From Gordius albopunctatus (taxonomy: Eukaryota), in the NCBI GenBank assembly GCA_964276515.1, contig OZ193910.1, forward strand, positions 3,782,001 through 3,846,000: 64,000 nucleotides of DNA, in the 5' to 3' direction. The notes beneath the pieces were generated by a model. It was not told the origin of the DNA, did not search any database, and worked only from the letters and a program-made list of their open reading frames with translations. Shown here piece by piece: positions 1-13,001 of this stretch. Position 1 is the stretch's first letter; each line of letters begins with the position of its first letter. The position numbers and the translations under genes were made by a program.

Positions 1-631
1 TTTTCCTGAAACCCGCAGGGGGTAGCCGCCCTCCCCTGGGGGCAGCCGCCCTTTCTGCCCTTCCCTGGCTAATTAGGGGGGGGGGGGGGGCAAAACATAA
101 TTTTTAAGGGTTTTTGTATTGAAAAATTATTTTTTTAAATTAGGGGGGGGGGGAGGGGTACGCCCATGAATCAAAGTCATTTTTTTGCTTATTTTTTACG
201 TCATTTATTATTATTATAGGACCGTCGTGTCCCCTCCTGCGTGGCTAAATAAATTAAAAACTCTAATTTTGTCATTTTTTGCGCGTTAAATAAGGAGAAA
301 AATGAAAATACAATTAACAAAGTGCCAATAAATGTTGATATATCTCAGTTCTTCGGACATTATTAAGTTCAGAATTAAAAGTCTTATTCAGAAACAAATA
401 ATTATGATATTCTTTCTTAATTACAAAAAAATTGCTTGAAGGGCCAGGGGGCCAAAGATTTTTCACTTGGGGGGGGCATGGGGCCAGGTTTTATCTCTTG
501 GGTGGGCCTCGGCCTTGGACCCTCTTTAACTAATTGTTTGAAAATTATCAAACTTTATTTTTACTTCAATAACCGCTTTATCATCATGTATGCCCTAAAA
601 TTCCAACATAATTTAATACACCCGGGTAAAT

Positions 632-661
632 GGCAAAACAACGTTTGCCGGGTTCATCTAG
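632..661 (+). mobile_element. Helitron-like 3' end (hairpin + CTAG)
   Basis: GGCAAAACAACGTTTGCC hairpin followed ~9 nt later by CTAG|T. A near-identical end occurs in reverse orientation at 42422-42451. Confidence 0.6.
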
Positions 662-3600
662 TATTTTATAAAACACAAATAAAAATCTAATTAGCGGGCC
701 TTACCTATATATACACCCGGCGCGAGCCCCTCAGGTTATATCACGGCCCGTCGAGACCGGGCCTATTATTTATTGTAAAGCAGAATCCCACCCCGCGTGC
801 CGGGATTTTAGGGCCGTTCGCGGGCAGGGCCGTGCATGGCTCTAGTAATAGATGAACTACAGTCACTTAATTCCCTGTGTTAAAGGGAAGGGATGGCTAT
901 TTTGAGTCTGGGGCTCAATGTAAAAAATAGAGATAAATTAATTTTAAATATATGTCCTAAAAAATAGAGCTAGTGTAAAAATTTTTTTATGGATTCCTTT
1001 ATTTATAAACACAAATTATTAAAATAAGAATTGCCGATTAATTTGCAAGTTAGTGACGTTTGAAAAACTCCAATATGGCTGTATGTATTTATTAACTTTA
1101 CAGCAAATTTCAATAAAAACATGACTTATAGGGAAAAAATTAAAAATATATTTAAGTTTACCGTAAAATACTCTACCAGTTTGCCAGTTGATTTTATAAG
1201 TCTTTATTTGTTGACCAGTGTTATTATTATTCTCTTCCATCTATGATACCGTTTTTAACAATTTGGCCATAGAAGAAATTAATATTATTAGCCTTTGATG
1301 AATTTAGTTGATCCTAGGTGTTTAAAACGCGTTAAGATCTTTAAATACTATCAAAGATACCCGAAATTTTAGAAATGTTCTAAGGATATTATGGTTTTGC
1401 TATCAAAAGAACAAGATCCGACAGATCATACCTAATGTTTTATAAAGGTTAAAAAATTTAATGAGTCATGGACCCAAATACCAATGGAGGGTTAAAACAA
1501 ACATAGGTGACACGGACAAAAATAAATTTTTTAGATATTCGTAAATCGAATACAGATTATAATATATTGAATATGACATTTGTAGGCAACATTTTTAAAA
1601 AGACTAACTGCCTATGCATTTAATAGACACAAAGGTAGAACTGAAAAGTTTTACCGCAGTAAAACATAAAAATTGGTTTGTTGAATTCAGTTGAAAACAT
1701 TTATGCAGATTAATACCTAATTTTGTGAAATGTTCTTTATATAATAATGCATCGATACTTATTAACTTACATTTACAACCCCTTTCAAATATACTATTAT
1801 AACAAGTTTTGATTTTGTAACATCACGGAACCTTAGTAAAAAAATTGTTTACAAATATTTTTAACGTTATAAAGCAGACTAAAAATTACTTTGCGAAAAT
1901 GTCAATTAATAAGCAATTGAGGAAACAGTATTATTATATTTAGCAAAGCGAATTTTGAAAATAACTATAGGCTTTATTTTCTTGAAGGGTATCGTGTCGC
2001 GGGGTCTTTAATAAATTCTTGCCGAGGTCTGTAATTTATTTTAATAGCCTAAAAACTAGGTAAATTGAAGAGGAAAAGCACTCTGTTATTATAAAAAAAA
2101 TATATATTTAATATTGATAAAATTTTATAATAGAAAGTTATGCCTAAATTCTTATCAAAAGCCTTGATGATAAAAACGAAAAACTTAAGCGCTGAAGCCA
2201 TTAAAAATTTATGCAATTTTTAAATATTCAAAGCTATAATCAAATTTCATTAATCAAAGGGGGCTGCAAATACTTGATGGATGCAAAAGCACACTAGTCT
2301 AAATATTTATAAAACGCTTTATAACAGGAAAAATAATAATTTGTATATCTTCAATACTAAATTAAAATTAACAATTTTCCGTAGCTTTTAATATCTTGAC
2401 CATCGTCAAAGTTCTAAATTACTTTACTCTATATTAATATGCTATAAAATAATTTTTATATTAATTTTTGTCTTAGGAAATGAGAGGGGAAGTTTCACGA
2501 TCCTTTTTTCATATGACTACACAAAAGATAATGCATGACAACTTTGAAAAATAATTTTTGAGCATATTCTCTGAATAAAGAACTTAGCATAATAACAATC
2601 TATGGGTAACACTAACACTGCCTAATATGTTATTAAATTCTTTCTCATACTATCGTCGTTATTTCTGCTATGAAAGTATTATTAAGAATTTATCGTATCA
2701 TCAAGTTTCCACACCAATAATCTTCGGGTGCACCCGTTTGGGAAATTTTCAGGATTCAATTCAAGATTCGGTTTTATATTCGAATTTGATTTAAAATTGA
2801 ATCGATTCTGAGTTTGATTTTTTACGTGTAAATTCCGAACAAATAATTTTTTACTGAGATTCGAAAATCAAAACCAATTCCTTTAAAAAAAAATTCGAAA
2901 TATTATATAATTTAAATTTATTTTAAATAGACGATACGCATACAAACACTACTTACGACTGTTCAAGTCCGCGTGAAAAAGTGGAGGGTTCACGTCAAAC
3001 AGGATATAAAAACCAACTCTAAAATTATGTTCGTTTCAAAAAAAATGTTACGACAGAAAGCTAGGGCGTCCTCCCCAAACGACGCACACTGCATACCCCG
3101 CATATTCAATGTGAAAAATACATAAGGATTACTGCCCGATTACAAAGGCGGTCAAGGAAATTAGTTGTGGAAAGAATGCGAATAATCATTGAATGGAAAT
3201 AGCATCGAGGTCGCACATATGCTAAAAAGGAGAAAGATATATACGCCTGCCTAAAAGAGACGAGAGGAACGTCTTTTTTAAGTGTCTCAAGGATAGAACT
3301 TGGCGATCTTGTTAACATCTATTTTCAAAAACGATAAGATCATATTGTGGCTTATAAAAGTTGAAGGAGTCAAATTAAATATCTGCTCAGACAAAAGGAT
3401 TTATAGGGTATATCCCTTCACCTCATCTCCTCTCTTCATGTGCGCTTGGAAAGATATGATGAAGAAATGGAGAGATTGATGTGTCAGTAAACATCGCGTG
3501 TGTAGTATATATTATAATGTACTCCTTTTTCCAGACATAGCGGGACTAATTTTGATTAGGGGAAGGGTTTTACGTAAGCGCAAATAATTTTAAATATAAG

Positions 3601-4094
3601 GGTGATATAAAAAAGAAAATAATAAACGTATGCATGAAAATTTATTCCAAAGAAATAAATCAATATCTTTGATATAAATTGAAAATGTCGTGCCAATTAA
3701 ACCTTAAAAAGGGTAAAATGAGTATATTTTGCACCTTAAACCTGGCAAAAAACTTGAAATTTTGGAAATAATCTAAAACATATTTATATTTAGAGCAAAA
3801 TTCTATATTAGAATTATAGGTTTAATTGTCGGATGGTTTTTTTGTTGAACTGTGTAATTAGAGATAGAGCCCATTTAATTTAAACTAAATCATGTTAAAT
3901 AGTAAAATTTAAGATAGGCATATATAATTCGTTTTTAAAAGAAAAACAGCATGATGTATAGGGCTTGATTAAATGATGAAAATTTGAATATAACAAGTAG
4001 TTTATATTAAAAAATATCAAAATGTATTTAAATTTATAAATTATATCAAGTGGCGACAATTCAATCAATTTGCACATTTTAACGATCATTTATC

Positions 4095-4524
4095 ATGGCG
4101 TATAAAGCACAACAAAAAGTTCAAAAAGTTTTAGTCCAGCCTATAGTAATTTAAAATGTAATTCTTTTGATACAATTCTTTAGAATTTGATTTTCAGATA
4201 TCTACAAAATGTAAGCTGATTTTAATAAATTTTTATAACTTTATAGCGATCAAGGATACAAATTTGGATTTATGAAAATGTTAACCTAAGACTTGAAGGG
4301 GAAATTATTGTATATTAACATCCATATAATATGTGTTAAATTATTTTAGGGCTTTGATGAATACATGAATCTTGTTTTAGATAAAGCTGAAGAAATTAAT
4401 GTCAAAAACAACTCAAGAAAATCAATTGGTAACCAAATTGTTTTTTTGCATATAATTTATTTTAGGAAGAATTCTGTTAAAGGGCGATAATATTACTTTA
4501 ATACAGAACACACAAGTTACATAA
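4095..4524 (+). CDS. SNRPE: Small nuclear ribonucleoprotein E (Sm-E), 92 aa, 5 exons
   Basis: Exons 4095-4145, 4184-4210, 4247-4309, 4350-4428, 4466-4524, all GT-AG. They splice to [92 protein letters not shown], with Sm1/Sm2 motifs and close similarity to metazoan SmE. The ORF track misses it because of 36-40 nt introns. Confidence 0.97.
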
Positions 4525-6151
4525 TTTTAAACAAACTTTGTTAATGTAATATATCCATTGTACATAAAATTAATACCATTGCTTCTTGCCAATTTATTGT
4601 CTTAAATGATTGGTTTGTAATAAAATCAAAGTTTAAAAAACACTTATTCCTTTTGAACAAAACTTGTATAGATTGTGAAATTTTACCAATTATTTGAAAA
4701 GTTTTATAAAGTTCTTTGATGTTACTATATATTTCATACAAAATTTGTAAATTGTCTCATGGGATTGATCAAAGAACTAGGAGAGAAAGAGTTAAAATTT
4801 GGATAGGAGTGCATCATAAAGGGAAATAAATCTTATTCTAAAATCACTCCAATATAATACAAACCCTTAATAAAGCTTTAATAAACATCAATAAATATAT
4901 ATATTAGTTAAAATTAGCAATTTTAAAATTTGCTAAACTATAAGCATCTTAATTGCATAGAACATTTTAGATGCTATAACAATGGTTAAATGTTAAGTTA
5001 CCTAAAAATTAATTTTAAAGACAAATTAACTGATACAGATATTAAAGTCTAAAATTGTGGTATTTTTATAGTCAACCATGAATGAAACTTTGTGAATTTA
5101 TTGCTTATATTTAATTAATTTTGGGACCCTTCCTTTTGGTTATTATGTATAAATAAATTCAAATTAAAGTTTAAACAAAAAGGGCTCTCTGCTAATAAAT
5201 ACTAATATAAACCCTTAAAATTCTATTTTTGACAATCAAATTTTATTAATGAATAAATTTATGTATACTTTATTAACCATGACAAAAACCAAGTTTTAAT
5301 AAAAAATAATTTTTAAGCCTCACTATTTTAAATATTTTTTATACTTTAAGATCTATTTCAACCCCCTTGGAACGCTTCTTTTAGTTTGATATAAATTAAC
5401 ATAATTTTTCAAAACTAAGGTATGTATAGAGGATAATATATTTATATTATTTCAAAGTATGCCTACATTATTAGCAATCTTATGTGTATCTAAAAGTTTA
5501 AAAAGTCTTTACATTTAAAACAAATATATTATAAAAAAAAATTACGAATAATTTAATTGTTTTATCATATAAATAAACTACTTTAATGGCAGAATTGTAG
5601 GTTAAATTATTTTTATAAAGGCATTTTTAACAAAATAAATATTACGATTCTTTCCTATTTGTGAAGGATTTTTTTAATCCATTTAAAACAAAGATGACAA
5701 TAGATGCAAAGAAAACAATATTATTTTAATTAAGGAGTTAGTACAGACTTTAAGACTAATAAATTGTTACCCCCAATTATAATATTATTTGTTTAGGCTC
5801 GACTTTATGTTATAAAAATAAAGGTCTGAGCCCACTAAAAATTCCCACATGAGATTTGAGGGGCCCATGCAAGTCTCTGCCTGAGTGTTATTGATTTAGT
5901 CTTAAAAAAGCTAATTTAATATTTACACGGCTCTATCTTAATTGGTCCACAATTATGTAATTAAACAATCCTAATACAACTTTGCTCTTTATGTAAGTTT
6001 TTCAAATTTATTTAAAAATAAACATGATAAATGATACCTTAAATTGAGCAATTTAAAATTAATTTTCAAATTTTTACAAATAACGTTGGTAAACTATATG
6101 TAGGTTATATAAAAAGTATTTGGGATAAATGGCATAAAAAATCTGAAAGAT

Positions 6152-9100
6152 TTATTTCTTCGACATTTTGCTAGATCTTTCGAGCGAGCATTCGTAAATA
6201 TTAATTCGTCGATCGTCAGAGACCGACACTGCTCTGTTACCAAAATTATTGAATTTGGCTGCCCAAACCTGACGACACATAATATATGCAAAAATCAAAT
6301 TTATGCTAAAAATACTGTAAGGTCAAAATGGCAAATCAAACAAGGCTTTATAAAATTTTGTAATACTGAATTCAGTAAATAGTTATTATCAAAAATACTT
6401 TAGACCTTTATTTAATTTAGGTTTATATTTCTGAGAATTACTAAACTAAACAGTTTAAAAAATATAAAAGTCCTTTGAATAGTGTAACGCGCTAAAACTA
6501 CAACCACTATTAAGGCACGCCCGGTTTTTCAAACAAGTTTTCACGCTGGCTTGCATCAAAATAATTTATGTAAACCCTTTAAGGGACTCTTCTTGGAGCT
6601 CCTTTCGAAATTCGGACAATCTCTAACAAAATATTTTAAATTACTCTGATTCAAAACTCAATGCTAAAACTCTTTGCTTACAATCATAGTATTTCAAACT
6701 ATTTGTATCATAATCAGGTTAAAGTTTGGTAGACCAGACAAAACCCAGGCGTTTTACAACACTGCGATGATCCACGTTACCTGATCATTATGTTCGCAGA
6801 TTGAATGAATGCAGCGTTTGGAAGCTATGTCCCAAAACTTGATCGTTTTGTCGGCAGAACTGCACAGGGAGAAAAACGTGATAGATTTAACGACAACAAA
6901 AATTATTGTGCATTGATTTGGCTGGATGATAGACTAAAACCCAAGGCTATCATGGGTTAAATCATCCATTTTAGATTTTTAAAACTTGGGATTTATTAAT
7001 CGATTCCTCGCTCTAAAGAGCGAACATTAATAATAAAATATCCATTTACGTAGCAAACATTTCTTATATTTTATTAACCCCCTCCCCCACATTTAATCTC
7101 CAATCATTAATTTATGCTCTATGGCATTTTCAAAGATGATAAATCATTTTACCTAAAGAAAATTTTATTAAACAAACGTAAAATTTGGCCAGAAATTTTG
7201 AATGTCAAAATTAAGCCCAAAATGCCTAGAGCTATTCTACCTCTTGGTGGTCGAATCCCGTACAATAACTAATTAATTTAACTTTCTACAAAATAATAAA
7301 TTACCTAGATATGAAGGAGGTATTATCGGGCGAGAAGGCGACTGATAGAATCCAGGAGCCATGACCAGATAAACGCTCTACTAGATGGGCGTTAGGCCTG
7401 TATAGCACCAAATAAATCTACCATAAATATTTCACCGTTATCGAGTTCTTAAAAGGGCCTTTTAAATTATAACAAAGCTTATGGTGGATTGGGGCCTACA
7501 CTTAATTTGGTTGAAAGACACGAGATGGGGGGGAGGGAGCAAATTAATATGTTTCCTTCATTAACTTCATTAAGCAATAATGAATTTACATTTATGGCAG
7601 AATGGGGGTTCCTTAGCTAATTCCTTAATTTTCCCACTAACTACATCAAAGACAGTGAAATACATTAACGAAAAATATCCGGTCGACATCTTAATCAGCG
7701 CCAGCAATAACTTTGACATAGTTCAGCCGAAGAGACAAAGTGTATTGTATAGTAGTAACGAAACGACCATAGAGCACTTAGTTAATTGATTAAAGTGAGC
7801 ACCAGCATGGGCGTAGCCAAGGAACGGGGGGCAGGGAGGAGCAAAGCTTCCCCCCCCCTCTATATCCAAAAATTGGTTAAAATTATGGTTAAAATAGCAA
7901 AAAAATGTTTATTTTGCCCCTCTTAGTCTTGCCATTTCCAATATAAATACTATCGCTTGCCTTGCATAAAAGAATGACGTTAGGTAGGATGGGGCTAGTC
8001 AAAGTCACATTTTTCAACCCGGGTCCGACCCGACCCGTATTAATTTAAGAACCATTTAATAAATTTAAACTTACTTTTAAGTTGGTTTATGAATTTAAAT
8101 ATATATTTATGTAATTCGAATTAAAACTGAATTACCACTTTACACTATTTGAACACAATATATTATATTTATTAGTAGGGGAGACCGGGGCTAGTCGTAG
8201 TCCGGGGTTACTAATTATATTTGTAATTATTTTTTAAGATAATAATGATATATAATTAAAATTTAAACCATATGCCTATTTTTCCATAAGGTATAAGTAA
8301 AAAATATTTCGTTTACAAAAAATAAAATTTAAAATTTTTATAGAAGGAAAACGATTTTTCGGGACTATTAGTAGCCTTGACAAAATTTTGTATTTTGCAC
8401 ATAAAAGTTTTTTAGCTTTATATTTTGCACTAATTTAACTTTTATCTTATAAAGGGATATTTTTTATATAAAAACCGTCTAATGATTAAATTTTTATTCG
8501 CAATATAACATGTAAAATTATTAAATGTTTATAAAAATAGGGGTCGGGGCTAGTCAGAGAGGGGCTAGTTCTAGCCATTTAATTTTTTAAAGGCCATTTA
8601 GCCCCCGGTCTCCCCTAACAGTAATAGATTATATTAATTTTTAATACATAATTTCGCAAATGAACCATTTAATAATTTTAAACTTACTTTAATATGGGTT
8701 TAAAAATATAATGAACTACCATTTTATATTATTTAAATATCATTCAAAAATATTATTTTGTTGATGTATTTAAATTTTCTCGAGTCATATTGAAATTTGC
8801 ATGCAAATTAAGACGATCCGATTTATATAAACAAAAAGAAATTTATTAAATGATACATTTCGTTATAAATTAAAAATATCGTACAAAAAGCATTAATTTT
8901 AAAGATATTTCCCCGTAAATTTTGCAACGTAAGATTTATAACCGTTGACACAACTCTTTAACTCCAATCCGACTCTACCCGATTGGAAAGCCTTTTTGAA
9001 AATGTCAACCCGAACCTGACCCAAAGACATTTCAAAATTTTGAAGCCGATACTAAAGAACTTTTTTAATTTTATGAAAACCATCTATCTATACCCGTTAA

Positions 9101-12100
9101 AGCTATTAGGGAAAGTGACGCACGATTCGTATCCTCTATTTTTGTGAACAATTTTAAGGTAAATAACAATGACACGATGTATAAGATGATCTGCAAAAAT
9201 GTCAGGATTTATTGATTTTTAAATGATCTAGTGAATTAAGTTCAAATATAACAAAATAATTATTATCTACCATAACCATAACAATGGGTTAAATCTAATT
9301 AGGCTAAATGTGACTTGGAAATATACTATGGCATACTGACCGATGAGCTCTAATAAGAGCGAAAACGTTACATGTATGTTATCTTTTGGGGTCGCATGCT
9401 AAAAAATATAAGGATGTATATATAGTCAAATTAGTCCTCTAATTAAAATTGTCTATAGATGGCGCTAATTAGAGGATACTTTTAAGTTAATTGTGGCACT
9501 CCTAAATGGGGTTATTATAATTATCTTCTTCAACATAATTATGTAGTTCAGTAATCTTCGAAAAATAACTTACATTTCGTAAATTTTAATGTTTCCATCG
9601 TCTGATCCCGTTAAAAGGAGTTGAGAGTCGGGGGAGAAAGCCAGGGTTCTTATGGGTTTGGCGTGCCCTTTGATAAAAAAAACCAAATTACCCTTTTTAA
9701 AAGCATGCAATTTTATCTTTAAAATTAAAATAAAAACATACTTAATATTTTTAGATGTTTGTATAAAGATAATAAATTATAATAACCTTCAATGGTGTGA
9801 AACAATTTGCCCGTGGTCATATCAAAAAAGTTTATAATCCCGTCATTTGAACCTGCTGCCAAATATTTCCCATCGGGGCTCTTGATAAAAAAGGTTACAT
9901 TATTATGAGAAAATAAATTGTACACAACTTTTTATGTACATTAAAATGATGGAATTTTACAGCTAAATTTGTTGTAAGTTTTTGATTATCAAGTCAAATG
10001 CTTGCATTTCAGTTATATCCATAGACTAATACCAACTATAGACTGCCGAACAGCTGATTTTTACTATTAAAACCGACACCACTATAGCTGCCATCTTGTA
10101 GGAAAAACTCAACCACAGGTATATTTAAACTTCTCTACAATATTATATTTAATAAAATAAATAAGACTATTAGCTTAATTTATAAATTTAAAAAAAAAAT
10201 AAGTAAAATAAAACAATAAATTAAGTTGGCTTCTATTGTTTAGTTACAATTTCCTACAAAACGGCGGTTTCTACACTTACTGAAAAATTATCAGCTGTTT
10301 GGCAGTCTATGGTTTTATTATTCTATGTTTATATCATTGTCAAACTTAATTTTACATCATTAAAATCCGTGCTTAATCATCTACCCAACCAGCAAGCATG
10401 AAGCCTTATTCTAAAAAATTTTTCTTTTCTAACTGTAAAAGCATCAAGACTATATATCATGCATAAAATAAAATACTAATTGAGAGAAAGAAGGGCTAAT
10501 TAGAACTTATAGAGATAGCTATTATTTAAAAATCTATAAAAGGTAGAAATAAAAATCAACCGGCCCTCTTCTGTATGGCGGTCCAGACAATCATTAATAA
10601 ACTCTCCTCTCTAGGAACCTTCTCATGTAATCTATGGTACCTTGATGACGGATTCCTGGTCGGCCCAGCCGAAGCAGTCAGAAAAATCGCTGAGACCATC
10701 AATTGCTACGCAGACACAATATCGCTCAGCCTAAACACAGCGAAATGTGAGATATTCACCAAAGATCTCACAATCGACAAACTCTCCCTACCATTTCCAG
10801 TCATATCAAGAGATGACTTTCGCTACTTAGGCGCCCCCGTTGGAGGCGTCAAAACAACTGAAACATTCTTGGAGCATTTCTCCGACTTCACTGACTCCAT
10901 AACTCACACCCTGGAGCGTCTATACACCACCATGCTTTTTATCTCCTTAAAAACTTTCCCTTAATACCCAAAATTAACTATGCTTTACGCGCTTCGCCCG
11001 TCTTCCTAAGCGTTAACCTACTCTACGCGATGGATAAAAAAATCCTATTGTTAATCGAAAGGTGCCTGAACCTCAAATTTAGCCCTCTCCAATGGCCCCA
11101 AGCCACCCTTCCCTCCAAGAGTGGTGGTATAGGCATCCGACCCCCCCCCCCCCCATTTACTCTCACTTGCAGGTTTCATCTCATCCCCTTTATCAACGGA
11201 TGAGTTAGTCAAACAAATTACTCGCACCCATGACCCACACCTCGACAGCGCCCTTCTGGCATGGGAAGACCTCAAACTTGATTCCGCAACTCACCCAATT
11301 GGAACCACCCAAAAGGAATGGGATTTACCAGTGATAGCACGCTCCGTAGCTTACCTCACTTCGAACAACCTATCTTTGGGAAATCTCCACTTCAATTGGG
11401 CATCCTCCGGGGGTTACGAATGGCTCGAGGCCCTACCAAGCCAAAACCTCGGGTTACACTTGTCGGGCGAGGAACTTCGAATAGCTGTAGGCCTAGGTCT
11501 CGGCTGCGACATTGTGTCCCCATTCAACTGCGACCTCTGTCGCCAACCCGTTCTAGCAAACGGCCATCATCCTCTACACTGCCAATTCAGCAAGGGGCGG
11601 CATCCCCGTCATGCCTCAATCCGGCTTTCCCAACTCAATTGAACCCACTGGCCTAAGCTCAATTAACGGTAAAAGACCCGACGGTGTAACGATCATCCCG
11701 TGGGCTCGTGGCCTAAACGCCTGCTGGGGCTTCACTACAGTGGATATATTTGCCAAATCTAACGCCTCTCCCAACCTCATCTTTTCTACCTAGAGAAAGA
11801 AAGTGGAAAAATACAAATATCTCAGCAATAATATTTTTGTACCATTAGTGGCCACGACCCTTGGTAATTTAGGTCCCAAGGGCAGCTAATTCCTTAAACA
11901 AACATCAAAATTTATAACCTCCATCACACATGATCCCAAAGAATTTTTCTACATCAAGCAGAAAATCACCATGGAAATTGTGAAATCTAATACAATCTCA
12001 ATCCATGGCTCAATGCCAGCTTATTAATGTAATATATTTTAGCATATAACATACATAATTATTTGGAAATAAACTTCCCATTTCAATTAAAACCCTAAAG

Positions 12101-13001
12101 TTAATTAATTCAGAAAGTAATGCTTGTAAACAACTCATGGATTAAAAAAATTTGATACTTACATAAACCAAACTTAAAACAAATTTGCTCCGAGTCTCGA
12201 GTGTTGATTCTTTGATTCCAGTTTCTACATTGTAGAGATAAATAACACCATTGTGACTGCCTGTAGCTATGAAGCGTGAATCAGGTGAAAATGTTACTTT
12301 CCATGAATCAACTAATATAAATAATAAATAAAATGTCTATGTATAATTTAAAAAAAGACATTACTAAATTAGGAATATTAAATAAATTGTAAAATTTATT
12401 ATTCATTTATTTTATAGTATTGCAAATAATAAATGTGTATATATTTGGTTTTTAATTATGCAAATATATCTTTCAAACTTTTGGTTGTAACATTTATAAT
12501 TACTTGATCCTGCCTGAATACTAAGATATTCTTTTCCCTGTTCAATATCCCACAACTTGATTATTCCATCTAAGGAACTTGATGCCACAACTTTTTTAAA
12601 GTAGACAAATATATTTAATTTAATGGAAAGGTGTGATTAATTACTAAATTATAATAAAACACAAATTTACTCATTCCAGTTTGATCAATATCAACTGAAT
12701 GTGTGGCTAATAGATGTCCTTTGAGTACATGGTTAAGAGATAGTTCATCATTACACCTAACACTTATACAAAATTTATATTAAAATCTATACCATTTCCA
12801 TATTTTTACAGATTCATCCAAAGATGCAGTAGCTATAAAATCTGCATTTAATTTTTCATTTCTTGCCCAAGCTGTATCCCAAATACCCCCGTCATGAGCT
12901 AAAGACTTATTATTTACTAACAAAAAAAATTTACCATTTTCTTTTTGATAGATAAGATTAACCTAAACCTAATTATATAAAATATTTTTAAAAGATACCA
13001 T
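6152..13001 (-). CDS. WDR61: WD40-repeat protein WDR61/SKI8 (SKI and PAF1 complex subunit), 11 exons
   Basis: Exons (- strand) 13001-12999, 12962-12935, 12898-12793, 12756-12671, 12590-12504, 12311-12163, 9880-9787, 9667-9574, 7397-7305, 6859-6781, 6268-6152, with consistent phases. Peptides include [91 protein letters not shown] and HNDQVW...[13 protein letters not shown], collinear with WDR61. The ATG-only first exon is the least certain part. Confidence 0.93.
8176..8617. mobile_element. Non-autonomous TIR element (MITE) in a WDR61 intron
   Basis: Perfect 15-bp TIRs TAGGGGAGACCGGGG (8176-8190) and CCCCGGTCTCCCCTA (8603-8617). It lies within a larger ACCCGACCCG-rich repeat (~7990-9060). Superfamily not assigned. 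Confidence 0.7.
10020..10327. mobile_element. MITE with CATAGA termini and 8-bp TSD (P- or hAT-like)
   Basis: ~38-bp imperfect TIRs (CATAGA...ATAGACTGCC.AACAGCTGAT). Flanks GTTATATC / TTTATATC match at 7 of 8 positions. Confidence 0.7.
10558..12070 (+). mobile_element. 5'-truncated, frameshifted non-LTR retrotransposon with restriction-like endonuclease (CRE-like), antisense in WDR61 intron 6
   Basis: RT motifs [11 protein letters not shown] and [13 protein letters not shown] knuckle CDLC...HPLHC, then RHASI and KRPDG...W REL-endonuclease motifs, spread over several frames. Confidence 0.85.

Noticed and set aside
3000..3500. Slightly GC-richer stretch with Cys/His-containing fragments (similar patches at 33200-34050 and 53850-54100)
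   Set aside because: No continuous frame or recognisable motif. Possibly old TE debris or UTR, but not supportable.
9300..9400. Possible WDR61 terminal exon after a TTTAG acceptor at 9399
   Set aside because: It gives an early stop and no WD40 similarity. The homologous continuation is at 7397-7305.
12963..12998. WDR61 intron 1 donor GTATCTTT as a U12-type intron
   Set aside because: It mismatches the RTATCCTT consensus, has no CCTTAAC branch point and is only 36 nt. Such a match is expected by chance in AT-rich DNA.
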